Assembly: GCA_016930515.1 (NCBI GenBank)
Contig: JAFGGO010000171.1
Coordinates: 1 to 38,327 of the forward strand
Direction: 5' to 3'
Origin: Promethearchaeota archaeon
GTDB taxonomy: Archaea > Asgardarchaeota > Lokiarchaeia > Sigyniarchaeales > SOKP01
Length of the DNA stretch: 38,327 nt
Below the pieces are notes generated by a model. That model did no database searches and was not told the origin of the DNA. It saw only the letters and a program-made list of their open reading frames with translations. The position numbers and the translations under genes were made by a program. Shown piece by piece: positions 29,450-38,327 of the stretch. Each line of letters begins with the position of its first letter. The first letter of the stretch is position 1.

Positions 29450-32425
29450 TTATAATTCGAGAGGTTTTCCACACGACCAGCATCCTTCGTTCCGATCTTT
29501 TAATGCTTTAGCGCAAAGTTTGCAATAAAACGCCGTGCAATGAGGACACATGTAAATATTGGCACCTTCCACGGGACCCTTGTGAATCACGCACAAGAAC
29601 TCCTCTCTCCTGATCCCAAGTTCAGATTCGGTATTTTCCAAGAGTTCTTTTTCTTTTTCTTGAGAAATGGATCCTTCGAAAAGGAGTCGGGAGTTAGAAG
29701 CATCTAATGGAGGTAAATTTAATGCAACAGCTTGATCTTTTGTTTTTTTGATGGATTTTAATCCTTCGGGAGGATATCTTACGGGAAACGATTTTGAGCT
29801 CTTGCGTTTCTTTTTTACCGTAATCAAAGTGACTACTAATGTTGTAAAACCTACGATCAAACACATTACAAAAATGAAGATTGCAGGATTCGTGCTTGGA
29901 ACTGAAGCAGGGCGCACTAGAACATTCATAGTTGCACTTGTCACATCTCCGTTCCTATCGATCACTGTCAAGGTTACTTTATAATTTCCACACTCCTCGT
30001 ATTGGTGAATGGGGCTCGTTTCATTCGAAGTCGGGCTTCCGTCGCCAAAATCCCATGTGTATGTTAGTGGACCGTTCCCCCCGCTCACTTCGCAGAATAA
30101 TTGTATTTGACTTCCCATATCTGCATTAATTTCGCTTTGAAGAAAATTCAAGGAAGGTTTGATGTCGTCTTCGACAATAATGTGATTGATTTTTGAATAT
30201 TCGATGGAATCACCATCAAGATCAGTCACTGTTAAGATCACGCTAAAAATTCCACTCGATTCGTATTTGTGGATGGGGTGTGGCTCCGTTGATGTAAATC
30301 CATCGCTAAAAATCCACTCGTAAGATAGAGGAAAATTTCCTCCGAAAGTTGTGCTATTAAAATGGACAAACTGACCTGTTAATATAAGTGTGGCGTTTGT
30401 GGTGAAATTCGCCAAAGGCTCGGTATATATGAGAGGATACCGGTCCAGGCCGTTATTTGGAATCGAATAAGAAGTGTTTCCAATTCCGTCCTGGGGAATT
30501 CCGTCAACGCCGTCGTAGTCGTCCCAGAAATTACCGAGACTCCCATTGTCCCACTGATTGTCAATTCCATCATCTTGAGCGTTACCTTCATTTTTAGCGA
30601 ATTTATTCAACCATATCGTGTTGTTCACACTTTGATAATCTAAGTAAATTCCATACTCGCTGTTGCTTACTAAATTATTTTCAGAAAGAGTGTTGTTATC
30701 GCAATTAACCAGGTAAATGCCGTAATAATTATTATTACTTGCCGTGTTTCCCGAAATGTTTATATATGTTCCATGATATGATAATATCCCGTAGGAAGTT
30801 CGAGAAGTATTCACTTCCGATACGGTGCAATAAGAGCAATTTACCAAGACGACTTGCCCTGCGTTTTCAAAGTTGCTTGATTCCAATCCCATTTCGTTCA
30901 AGTAATAATAAAGTATCTTTCCGTTCACCCTGTTCGAACCATCAATGTGGTTAAAATACATATTATTCTCAATATTGAAGCCCAAGCCACATTCAAACAT
31001 TTCATTTTGAGAAAGAAAGATTTCGTAGCAATTATCCAGATATACTCCGTCTTGTTTGTTTTTGCTAAATGTATTTCCCGAGACATTGTTGTTTTCGCCG
31101 CTTATAAAAATCCCGTAATAAGTGTTGTCATTTGCCGTGTTTCCCGAGACGGTGTTGTTATTGCAATTATCTAAATAAAATCCATAATGGTTGTTATTTG
31201 CCTTGTTTTCCCAAAAAACGTTATTATTTGATTCATCTTTTAAATTTATCCCATAAAAGTTTAGATTTATCGTGTTTCCCGAGAAATTGTTGTTATTAGA
31301 ACTTTCTAAATTTATCCCATAATAGTTATCACTTGCCGTGTTTCCCGAAATGGTGTTGTTATTTGAGAAACTTAAATAAATTCCATATTGATCGTTATCG
31401 GTTACCATATTTTCCGAAACATTATTATTATTGGAAATATAGAGAAAAATTCCGTGTTGTTCGTTATCGATTACCGTGTTTCCCGAAAGACTATTGTTAC
31501 TGGAACTAATCAAATATATCCCGTAATATATATTATCACTTGCCGTGTTTCCCGAGACGGTGTTATTATTGGAGTTCTGTACATAAAATCCATTTTGATC
31601 GTTTAAGAATGCCGTGTTTCCCGAGACAATGTTGTTATTGGATTCATATAAATAAAATCCGTGTTGATCGTTTAAGAATGCCGTGTTTCCCGAAACATTG
31701 TTATCATCACCCCTAAGAAATATCCCAGATATATAATTATCGCTTGCCGTGTTTCCCAAGACGGTGTTGTTATTGGAATCGTATAAATAAATTCCATATT
31801 CTTGGTTAAAGATGACCGTATTTTCAGAAACGGTGTTGTTATCGCAATGGTATAAGTATATTCCTGTGGAATAAATATTATTACTTGCCGTGTTTCCCGA
31901 GATATTATTGTTATCACAATAATGGAGCCATATCCCGTAGTCTTGGTTATATGAACAATTATTATCGACAATTTGACCATTAGACGAGTCAGACATAGAA
32001 ATTGCCCCCCCCATAGAATCGAATAATGTGCAATTTCTCACGATGAAATAAACATGCGAGTTTTTAATCGTTATGCATGAACCACTTTGATTGGCGTCGA
32101 TGAGAATATTTTCAATTACATAGGGTTTTTCGCTCGTTCCTTCACCACTCAACCAGGGTACTCCTAATGTCTTATAATAATGCCATGTGTTAGAACCATC
32201 ATCATTAATGTTGATCAGCTCGTGAAGAACCATTAATCCAGAGTACTTGAGCTTCTCAGGGTGCTGGTTGTTTTTCCCGTCAACATGAATGGAGATGGGA
32301 GACAACGCTCTTGGAAATCCTAAAACAATTAATATTAGCATTACCAAGAAAAAAAATAGCTTAGTTTTTTTATTTCGACTCCTTGGCTTAAGAAAGGGAC
32401 TTTTTGAGATTATCATTATATACAA
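29450..32425 (-). CDS. Single-pass receptor-like protein: signal peptide, NosD beta-helix, 2 PKD domains, TM, cytosolic RING-like zinc domain
   Basis: Beta-helix repeats, GNFWDDY, YEWIFSDG and YTWDFGDG, TM AIFIFVMCLIVGFTTLVVTLITV and CVIH-x11-CPHC-x4-CKLC-x10-CWSC (29471-29593). Confidence 0.88.
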   Translation of the reverse strand: MYIMIISKSPFLKPRSRNKKTKLFFFLVMLILIVLGFPRALSPISIHVDGKNNQHPEKLKYSGLMVLHELININDDGSNTWHYYKTLGVPWLSGEGTSEKPYVIENILIDANQSGSCITIKNSHVYFIVRNCTLFDSMGGAISMSDSSNGQIVDNNCSYNQDYGIWLHYCDNNNISGNTASNNIYSTGIYLYHCDNNTVSENTVIFNQEYGIYLYDSNNNTVLGNTASDNYISGIFLRGDDNNVSGNTAFLNDQHGFYLYESNNNIVSGNTAFLNDQNGFYVQNSNNNTVSGNTASDNIYYGIYLISSSNNSLSGNTVIDNEQHGIFLYISNNNNVSENMVTDNDQYGIYLSFSNNNTISGNTASDNYYGINLESSNNNNFSGNTINLNFYGINLKDESNNNVFWENKANNNHYGFYLDNCNNNTVSGNTANDNTYYGIFISGENNNVSGNTFSKNKQDGVYLDNCYEIFLSQNEMFECGLGFNIENNMYFNHIDGSNRVNGKILYYYLNEMGLESSNFENAGQVVLVNCSYCTVSEVNTSRTSYGILSYHGTYINISGNTASNNNYYGIYLVNCDNNTLSENNLVSNSEYGIYLDYQSVNNTIWLNKFAKNEGNAQDDGIDNQWDNGSLGNFWDDYDGVDGIPQDGIGNTSYSIPNNGLDRYPLIYTEPLANFTTNATLILTGQFVHFNSTTFGGNFPLSYEWIFSDGFTSTEPHPIHKYESSGIFSVILTVTDLDGDSIEYSKINHIIVEDDIKPSLNFLQSEINADMGSQIQLFCEVSGGNGPLTYTWDFGDGSPTSNETSPIHQYEECGNYKVTLTVIDRNGDVTSATMNVLVRPASVPSTNPAIFIFVMCLIVGFTTLVVTLITVKKKRKSSKSFPVRYPPEGLKSIKKTKDQAVALNLPPLDASNSRLLFEGSISQEKEKELLENTESELGIRREEFLCVIHKGPVEGANIYMCPHCTAFYCKLCAKALKDRNEGCWSCGKPLEL
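31070..31920 (-). repeat. Intragenic tandem ~66-72 bp repeats encoding beta-helix rungs
   Basis: gccgtgtttccc (SGNTA) recurs many times; ttgatcgtttaagaatgccgtgtttcccga is identical at 31595 and 31664, 69 bp apart. Confidence 0.85.
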
Positions 32426-32524
32426 CGCAAAAACTAATTCTTACTCTTATTATCTCATTTCGAGAATCTTATATAAATGCATGGGGGTAATTTTTTCACT
32501 ACTAATTTTTAAAAATTATCAAGT

Positions 32525-32770
32525 TTAGGTGCATTTATTTGAGAACTTTAAGATTAAAGTACCTAGATCTTCTATGTCGATGGTTTCGTTAAGAACCCAA
32601 AAACCCGAAGTTTTATAGATTAAATGGTTTGGTGTCTCAGAAAAATCGCCAGTGCTAACTTTAAACGCAGGAGAATAAGAGAAAGTTATGATTAGGCAAG
32701 TCAACAAGCCAATTAATGGTATGATTCTTTTGTTTGTCGTTCTATTTTTAAAGAATTTTATTGGGATCAC
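32525..32770 (-). pseudogene. N-terminal fragment of another beta-helix surface protein paralog
   Basis: Basic N-terminus, hydrophobic signal and KTSGFWVLNETIDIEDLG parallel KYSGLMVLHELININDDG and LGSWTLVSSIVIDEL in the two downstream paralogs; the similarity then ends abruptly. Confidence 0.65.
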
Positions 32771-33164
32771 ATTTCTGCTTTATTTTTTATTTTATTTTAA
32801 GAAAGTCAGGAATTAGGAATATTCATTCAAATGGTAATTCATTATATCCTTATAATTACTTTAATAAGGAGTAAGTTTAAAAAAATTTTGTTCTAAAAAT
32901 CCTCCTCGATTTAAAGACGCTTATTAAGTATTAAAAATTTCTACAAAGGAAGCTGGAAATCTAAAATTAATAACACATTTATATATATTGTAATGGCGTA
33001 AAGCTTATAAATTTCAAAAAATAATTACTTTTATTAAAACATGTTTTTAATTAATTAACGATATTTTTTATTAAAAATTTAAGTATTTTTTAATAACGAA
33101 GAAATATTTCACAAAATTCAACACTCAAAACAACAAAAGAAAACTTAAATACGATTCTACGAAG

Positions 33165-33860
33165 GTGAAGACCATTATGTCGAAGAGTTCAGTCATTTCG
33201 GAAGCTAGCGAAGAAAAAAAATCGGATGGCCGCATGGAAGTAGCGAAAGACTTGTTTTATGCTGCCTTCAAGACAATGAGTCGGTTCGGTTTAAAAGCGA
33301 TTACCAACTTGGAGATAGAAGGTAATGAAAACGTGCCTCTCAGGAGTAAGGGCATACTTCTCACTATTAGCGACAGCTCCACGCGAGATATGTTCGTCAT
33401 CAGCCAAGTATCGGCTAGAAAAATCCACTTCATGGTCAGTCCGAAAATGATGAAACACCAGATTGCTGGACCCCTTCTCCAGGCGCTCGGGATGTTCCGA
33501 AGCACCACGAGCAAGGACGACACCGAACCAATCGAGAATTACTTCAAATATTTGGGCGAAGGCGACTTGATCGCAATGACTCCCGAGTCGAGATTCGACC
33601 GGGATGTTCAAATAAAGTCGGTGGCAGGCATTGTAAAGTTTGCTGCCATGGGAAAAGCGCCCATCATTCCACTCGCGGTCTGCAAGACCAAGACAAAGCT
33701 ATTCGATGTGATATCCGTAGACGGGTTAAAAGTCAGGGTCGGAGCTCCCATTGAATGCGATAAAAAGTTAAGTCGCGAGAAATTCAGGGCCAAGCGCTAT
33801 GAGCTTGCCGAAGATATCGTCAATATAGTCGACACGCTCAAGACGGTTCCTGATTTTTAA
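33165..33860 (+). CDS. Lysophospholipid acyltransferase (PlsC-like) fold protein with degenerate catalytic motif
   Basis: LEIEGNENVP, IHFM, GPLLQALGMF, MTPES (for FPEG), APIIPLAV and VRVGAPI. The NHxxxxD position reads ISDSSTRD with no His. Confidence 0.75.
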   Translation: MKTIMSKSSVISEASEEKKSDGRMEVAKDLFYAAFKTMSRFGLKAITNLEIEGNENVPLRSKGILLTISDSSTRDMFVISQVSARKIHFMVSPKMMKHQIAGPLLQALGMFRSTTSKDDTEPIENYFKYLGEGDLIAMTPESRFDRDVQIKSVAGIVKFAAMGKAPIIPLAVCKTKTKLFDVISVDGLKVRVGAPIECDKKLSREKFRAKRYELAEDIVNIVDTLKTVPDF

Positions 33861-33899
33861 GTTTCATGAATTAAAAATAATAAATCGGAGGTAGATACC

Positions 33900-34124
33900 A
33901 TGGAAGATTTATTAGAAATTAGAGAAGAGAGCGCGGAAAAAAACCGCACGGAACCCAAACTAAAAAAGATGTTTGAAGAACTCGCCACCGAGGACAACGA
34001 GGCCGAGAAAGTCCTAAGCGACTTGTTCTACAACTCAGTCAAGATGGTGTTTGACACCGGATTTGACCTGGCCAAGGCGCTTAATGAAGAGCTTTTGGCC
34101 GAATTTTTCAACGAGGAAGAATAA
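33900..34124 (+). CDS. Small acidic hypothetical protein
   Basis: 74 aa with GGAGGT upstream of the ATG; co-oriented with the PlsC-like gene. Confidence 0.65.
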   Translation: MEDLLEIREESAEKNRTEPKLKKMFEELATEDNEAEKVLSDLFYNSVKMVFDTGFDLAKALNEELLAEFFNEEE

Positions 34125-34308
34125 CCTTGGTTCCTTGTTCCAATCCCCTCTCTTCTCTTTATTTCCTTCCTTTTATTTATTAAAAATAACATTTTTAAAA
34201 AAATGACAAGTTATTGATTGAGAATTTGTCTATCGAAATTAATTCTACGATTTGTAATTTTAAGATCAATAATTCTGAAGATATAATTGAAAAAAAAAAA
34301 AGAAATTA

Positions 34309-35142
34309 TTATCCTGTTGGACTAAATACACCGGCAAAGACGAGCCATGCCAGGAAGGTCTTTGCTATGAGACTAAGGACCTGATATACTCGTTCACCAT
34401 AGAGATAGTCCTTCCACTTTCCAACTCCCTTGTATTGAAGTATCATGTTGATGGCAAAAGAGTTGAAAAAGGCCAGTTCGATAAAATAAATCATATAAAC
34501 GAACCACGGAATTTCACCTCCGATCACGCTGGTGTTGACGAAATACGCAGTGATGACTATCCAAGGTACGGCCCCCGCAATTACGCCTAGGTAAAACGCC
34601 GTCCACCTAACTTTCTCTCCTTTTTCCCGAGTATATACATTGTGAAGTTCCATCATGAGACCAAACATATTCATGAGAGCATTCGAGATAAAAATCATGA
34701 ATAGTGCCCAGAAGTCGAGAACACCAAAAAACATGGCGATAAGAACAATCATAACCGAGCTAGATAAAGCGTATTCGAACCACCTGACTTTGTTGATGCC
34801 TTTCTTGAGGTTCCTCATGTATATCTTATTTAAGGGGTAGGCAATAAGGAGGTGAGCCGCGGCAGACATGAGAAGGAAACTGCCTACAAAAGCTCCCAAG
34901 GCTGTAAAAGTGAAGATTACTTCGGGATTTGGCACCACACCAATTGGGTATTGAAATTCCAAGTAAAAAGTATAAACATCGTTTGAATAAGACAATTGAG
35001 GCAGGAAACCCAAGAACACCATCAGCAAGCCTTGAACTAAGTGTAGCAATCCCATGTTGCGATTAAAGCGTTTTAAGTACTCAAAACTAATGTCCGATTT
35101 TGGGATGAGCCATTCGTCTTTTTTATTTTCTGTAGATGTCAT
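34309..35142 (-). CDS. heR: Heliorhodopsin
   Basis: FNRNMGLLHLVQG (TM1 His), SAAAHLL (TM2 His), RWFEYALSSSVM (counterion Glu), MNMFGLMME and GERVYQVLSLIAK (retinal Lys). ATG 35142 is preferred over GTG 35163. Confidence 0.95.
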   Translation of the reverse strand: MTSTENKKDEWLIPKSDISFEYLKRFNRNMGLLHLVQGLLMVFLGFLPQLSYSNDVYTFYLEFQYPIGVVPNPEVIFTFTALGAFVGSFLLMSAAAHLLIAYPLNKIYMRNLKKGINKVRWFEYALSSSVMIVLIAMFFGVLDFWALFMIFISNALMNMFGLMMELHNVYTREKGEKVRWTAFYLGVIAGAVPWIVITAYFVNTSVIGGEIPWFVYMIYFIELAFFNSFAINMILQYKGVGKWKDYLYGERVYQVLSLIAKTFLAWLVFAGVFSPTG

Positions 35143-35321
35143 GTAGAAGAGAATTGCGTTCACATTAAAATATGTGATCTTTAAGAATTATAAATTGAGT
35201 ACTTAAAAATTCAATTCGAACATTTCATATTATTAAGGATTTTATTTTTCTTCAAAGATGATATTTGTAAAGATCATGGTCTTAAATAACCTTAATCCTC
35301 TTAAAGATTAAAAAAAAAGAA

Positions 35322-36119
35322 TTATTTTAAGAAATCCACGATGGCATTTAACACAGCATCGGTTTCTATTGTAAACAGTGCATGTCCACTTTTCTCAAAT
35401 AATTGCAACTTTGCACCTGGAATGAGCTCTGCAATTTTTTCTCCGTTTCCGAAAGGTATTAAAATGTCTTGTTTTCCGTGTAAAACCAGAGTAGGAATCT
35501 TGATATTTTTCAATTTTTCACCAGTGGCGTTAGCAAAAGCACCTTTAGCTTGTCTATCGTAAGTATTATCTGCGATTGGATTTTGAAGTCGTATTTGCAA
35601 TCTATCTTCAACTATTTCGGGATGTTCCTTCATGAATTCCTCGGGATAGAGAAGAAACGTTGTAGATCTGGAGAATTCTTCTTGAGTTTTATCACCTCTT
35701 CCAGCTGCGAGAACTCCAAGAACTCTCATGTCTGGTGCGACAAAATGAGCCCCACCACAAGATGTCGAGCATAAAATCAATTTTTGAACCCTCTCGGGAT
35801 AATTAATTGCGATCTCTTGAGCCACCACGCCTCCCATTGAAACCCCTAAGATATGGGCTTTTTCAATATTCAAGGCATCCATCAATCCAATGGTATCGTC
35901 AGCGAGATCTTTCATAGTAAAATCCGTGTCGTTATTATCTGTTCGAGCTACCCCCCTGTTATCAAATACGATTGTCTTATAATTCCTTGATAATCCTTCG
36001 ATTAACTCTAAATCCCACCAATCTGCGTTTCCTGCCAATCCCATTATCATTACTATTGGAAAGCCCTCCCCTTTCATTTCGTAATACATGTTGATATCTT
36101 TAACTAGAATTTTAGCCAT
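35322..36119 (-). CDS. Alpha/beta hydrolase
   Basis: FDNRG, nucleophile elbow GVSMGG, acid HGKQDILIP, His in KSGHAL. Confidence 0.92.
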   Translation of the reverse strand: MAKILVKDINMYYEMKGEGFPIVMIMGLAGNADWWDLELIEGLSRNYKTIVFDNRGVARTDNNDTDFTMKDLADDTIGLMDALNIEKAHILGVSMGGVVAQEIAINYPERVQKLILCSTSCGGAHFVAPDMRVLGVLAAGRGDKTQEEFSRSTTFLLYPEEFMKEHPEIVEDRLQIRLQNPIADNTYDRQAKGAFANATGEKLKNIKIPTLVLHGKQDILIPFGNGEKIAELIPGAKLQLFEKSGHALFTIETDAVLNAIVDFLK

Positions 36120-36270
36120 GCTTTTAAACCTTTATTTGTGTATAATTAATTCAAGACCTGAGTCTATCATTTAGATAAATTCAGATAATTGTTTTTTATT
36201 ATAAAAAGATTATGGATATAAGTGCAATTATTATTATTTAAGAAAATGAAAAAGATTTAAAGAGGGAAGT

Positions 36271-36759
36271 TTAATAACGCGTTCTCGTGGCTTGTATTCT
36301 GAGTTTAGCTTTCGTGTTCTCGTCTGCGTCCTGGAGGATGACATACGCGGTTACCTGCGGCAATTTCACCTCGATTACCTGTTCGGCAATAGTCTGATCT
36401 TTTTTAAGGTGGTCTTTCTCCCTTAATATGACTTTAATGGGTACCGAAGCTTCTTGACCCGTCCTGACCGTTTTAAATTGGCTCCAGATATTCATGTCTG
36501 CTTTGGAAGTAAAAGTTTGGTTTCGTTGTAATTTTATCACGCCTTTGTGAGGGAATCTCGATTTTAACATTTTTTCTCCATCCGCTCGGAAGTAAAACTC
36601 CCCAACGCGCCCGAAAGAGTCGTAATCCTTGAGCGTTTTGAGCGACATGAGGTCGATACTGATTTGATATCTCTCCTTCTCTTTACCAACATTATCTTGA
36701 GTGAAATTCTCGTCCTTTGCGTGAGTCTTTTTTCCCTTGACATATACTCTTTGTCCCAA
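36271..36759 (-). CDS. Hypothetical beta-rich protein, C2-domain-like
   Basis: LKTLKDYDSFGRVGEFYF and VILREKDHLKKDQTIAEQVIEV resemble C2 calcium-binding loops 1 and 3. Confidence 0.5.
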   Translation of the reverse strand: MGQRVYVKGKKTHAKDENFTQDNVGKEKERYQISIDLMSLKTLKDYDSFGRVGEFYFRADGEKMLKSRFPHKGVIKLQRNQTFTSKADMNIWSQFKTVRTGQEASVPIKVILREKDHLKKDQTIAEQVIEVKLPQVTAYVILQDADENTKAKLRIQATRTRY

Positions 36760-37063
36760 TTTTATATAACACCTTGTAATTAATTTTTTTCAATTTGTTT
36801 GTTTTTACTTTATACACTACATATCAATCATGTATTTTATTATTTTGCAGTGTTCAATTTATTACCTAATTAATGGATAATCCTTAGAATATTAAGCTAT
36901 AAGACGATTTTCTTTTTGACAAAGATGTTCAAATAAGTGTTAAGCTTAAATACAATGCCTACGAACTATATTGTAATACCGTTCAAACCTTTTTTGAGCG
37001 TCTTAGGTTGGAGGATTTTTTATCGTATTTGATAAAAATTCATTCAATGAGCGTCATTACAAT

Positions 37064-37339
37064 ATGGAAATAATTAAATATTTAGGGGATATAATAGCGA
37101 GACGCATTGGAATAAGCCCAACGGCGGCAAGAGGCTTGTTGAAACTCTCGATTAAAGACGAGTTAGGACCGTTTACCGATTTTGAAACGATTAATTACGA
37201 AAATCTTTATAGGGTCATTTGTCGCTCTCTTAAAAAACGGTTAGTAAAATTGGAAATCTCCTTTTACGAAGAGATTATTCGGTTAATGATCGACGAGCTC
37301 ACCAAGAACCAATCGCTAATTACCATGGGGGGGGTGTGA
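37064..37339 (+). CDS. Small hypothetical helical protein, translationally coupled to the next gene
   Basis: 91-aa ORF; its stop overlaps the next start (GTGA, 37336-37339). Confidence 0.7.
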   Translation: MEIIKYLGDIIARRIGISPTAARGLLKLSIKDELGPFTDFETINYENLYRVICRSLKKRLVKLEISFYEEIIRLMIDELTKNQSLITMGGV

Positions 37340-38163
37340 AATTGAGTTCATTATTATTGGTGGAAATTTACGATACTTTTCTCATTTTTTCGTTAGGGAC
37401 GATTTTGCTGTTAATTATCGTGGGAATTTTTTTTGCTAACAAGGCACAGCAAACAAAAATGAGTAATTTGATCTTGTGGTCAATAGCATTTCTTTCTGTT
37501 GCATCAGGGTTAGTTATAAATATCGTTCTCAGGTTTATATTTAATATAGATCCAGGCGTGGGAAATACCGTTCAAGAGTTCTTCATCTTTAGCGGTTACG
37601 TGTTTTTCATGGCCTTTACAAACGCAACTTTTTATAAAAACCACATGAAAACGGGAAATATTTTATTTGTCGTTGTCGTGCTATTAGGTTTAAATCAACT
37701 CATACTAATTAATATCTTTGGTCAAATCGAAATTGAAAGAGGATTTGAATATTATTTGAGAATAACACTCGATATTCCTTACACATTCATTACTTTTGAT
37801 TGGTTAGCTTGGTCTTGCTATTCTTCCTTCAAAAGACTCAAAGATAAGGATATTGAACCATGGATAAAAAAAAGGTACCAATTCATTGCTCTCGCATCCT
37901 TTATATTTAGCTTTCATAACATACCGGAGTTCTTTCAGCCTAAAGACGTCCGTTGGGGCTCATCAAGCGATCCTACGAGTCTTATCATTTTTGGAACAAT
38001 GACCACAATGATGATGATATACGCAATTATTATTTCTCTATCTTGGTTCATGCCAAAACGTCTTAAAGCCCATTTTAATAAAGGGTATTTGAAAATAGAA
38101 GATCACGAACTTTCGGAAGAAGAATTAATCCGCTTGCTAAGAAAAGAAATACACGGAACATGA
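37336..38163 (+). CDS. Seven-TM membrane protein (sensor-like) without fused output domain
   Basis: Seven hydrophobic segments and a short cytosolic tail ELSEEELIRLL. Confidence 0.7.
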   Translation: MKLSSLLLVEIYDTFLIFSLGTILLLIIVGIFFANKAQQTKMSNLILWSIAFLSVASGLVINIVLRFIFNIDPGVGNTVQEFFIFSGYVFFMAFTNATFYKNHMKTGNILFVVVVLLGLNQLILINIFGQIEIERGFEYYLRITLDIPYTFITFDWLAWSCYSSFKRLKDKDIEPWIKKRYQFIALASFIFSFHNIPEFFQPKDVRWGSSSDPTSLIIFGTMTTMMMIYAIIISLSWFMPKRLKAHFNKGYLKIEDHELSEEELIRLLRKEIHGT

Positions 38164-38327
38164 ATAAGAGCCTTAATTTAAAAAATATTTTTCATAACCC
38201 TCACATTTAAAGAAATTTCACATAAAAAATATATAATTAAATAAGAAAAATTCCTTGCGAACTAGCGTTCGCTTCTAATCACTGAACTTTTTTCCTTGAA
38301 GCACCAAGTCTAATTGCCCTGCAAGAA

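Noticed and set aside
31070-31920. Possible CRISPR array (regular repeats every ~69 bp)
   Set aside because: It lies in frame within a 991-aa ORF, unit lengths are multiples of three, the 'spacers' resemble each other, and no cas genes or leader are present.
1-38327. Diversity-generating retroelement, IS element or provirus explaining the receptor variation
   Set aside because: No reverse transcriptase, template/variable repeat pair with A-specific mismatches, transposase, integrase or virion gene was recognised.

Overview
AT-rich archaeal window. Its gene content points to an Asgard archaeon of the Lokiarchaeia/Promethearchaeota type (inferred from an IPGF-TM-basic sorting tail, NosD/PKD surface proteins, an LRR protein, a 7TM-longin protein and a heliorhodopsin). 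Bases 1-8881 are a partly decayed defence island. It holds a zinc-finger/winged-helix gene, a large AAA+-type ATPase with an internal PD-(D/E)XK-like motif, an OLD-family ATPase-TOPRIM nuclease split by one in-frame TAG, a MIG-like glycosylase, an HpaII-type R-M locus collapsed into an in-frame REase::MTase chimera, and toxin-antitoxin genes. The rest is dominated by single-pass receptor-like proteins that share an extracellular beta-helix. One ends in tandem winged-helix domains. Three end in a cytosolic 8-ligand zinc domain whose spacing matches my recollection of the TFIIH p44/Ssl1 RING, making them candidate transmembrane RING E3 ligases. These are interspersed with signalling and metabolic genes: PAS histidine kinase, USP, TrmO, an acyl-CoA dehydratase/activase pair, a degenerate PlsC, an alpha/beta hydrolase and a C2-like protein. 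No rRNA, tRNA, CRISPR array, transposase or integrase was seen. All calls come from motif reading only; no database searches were run.
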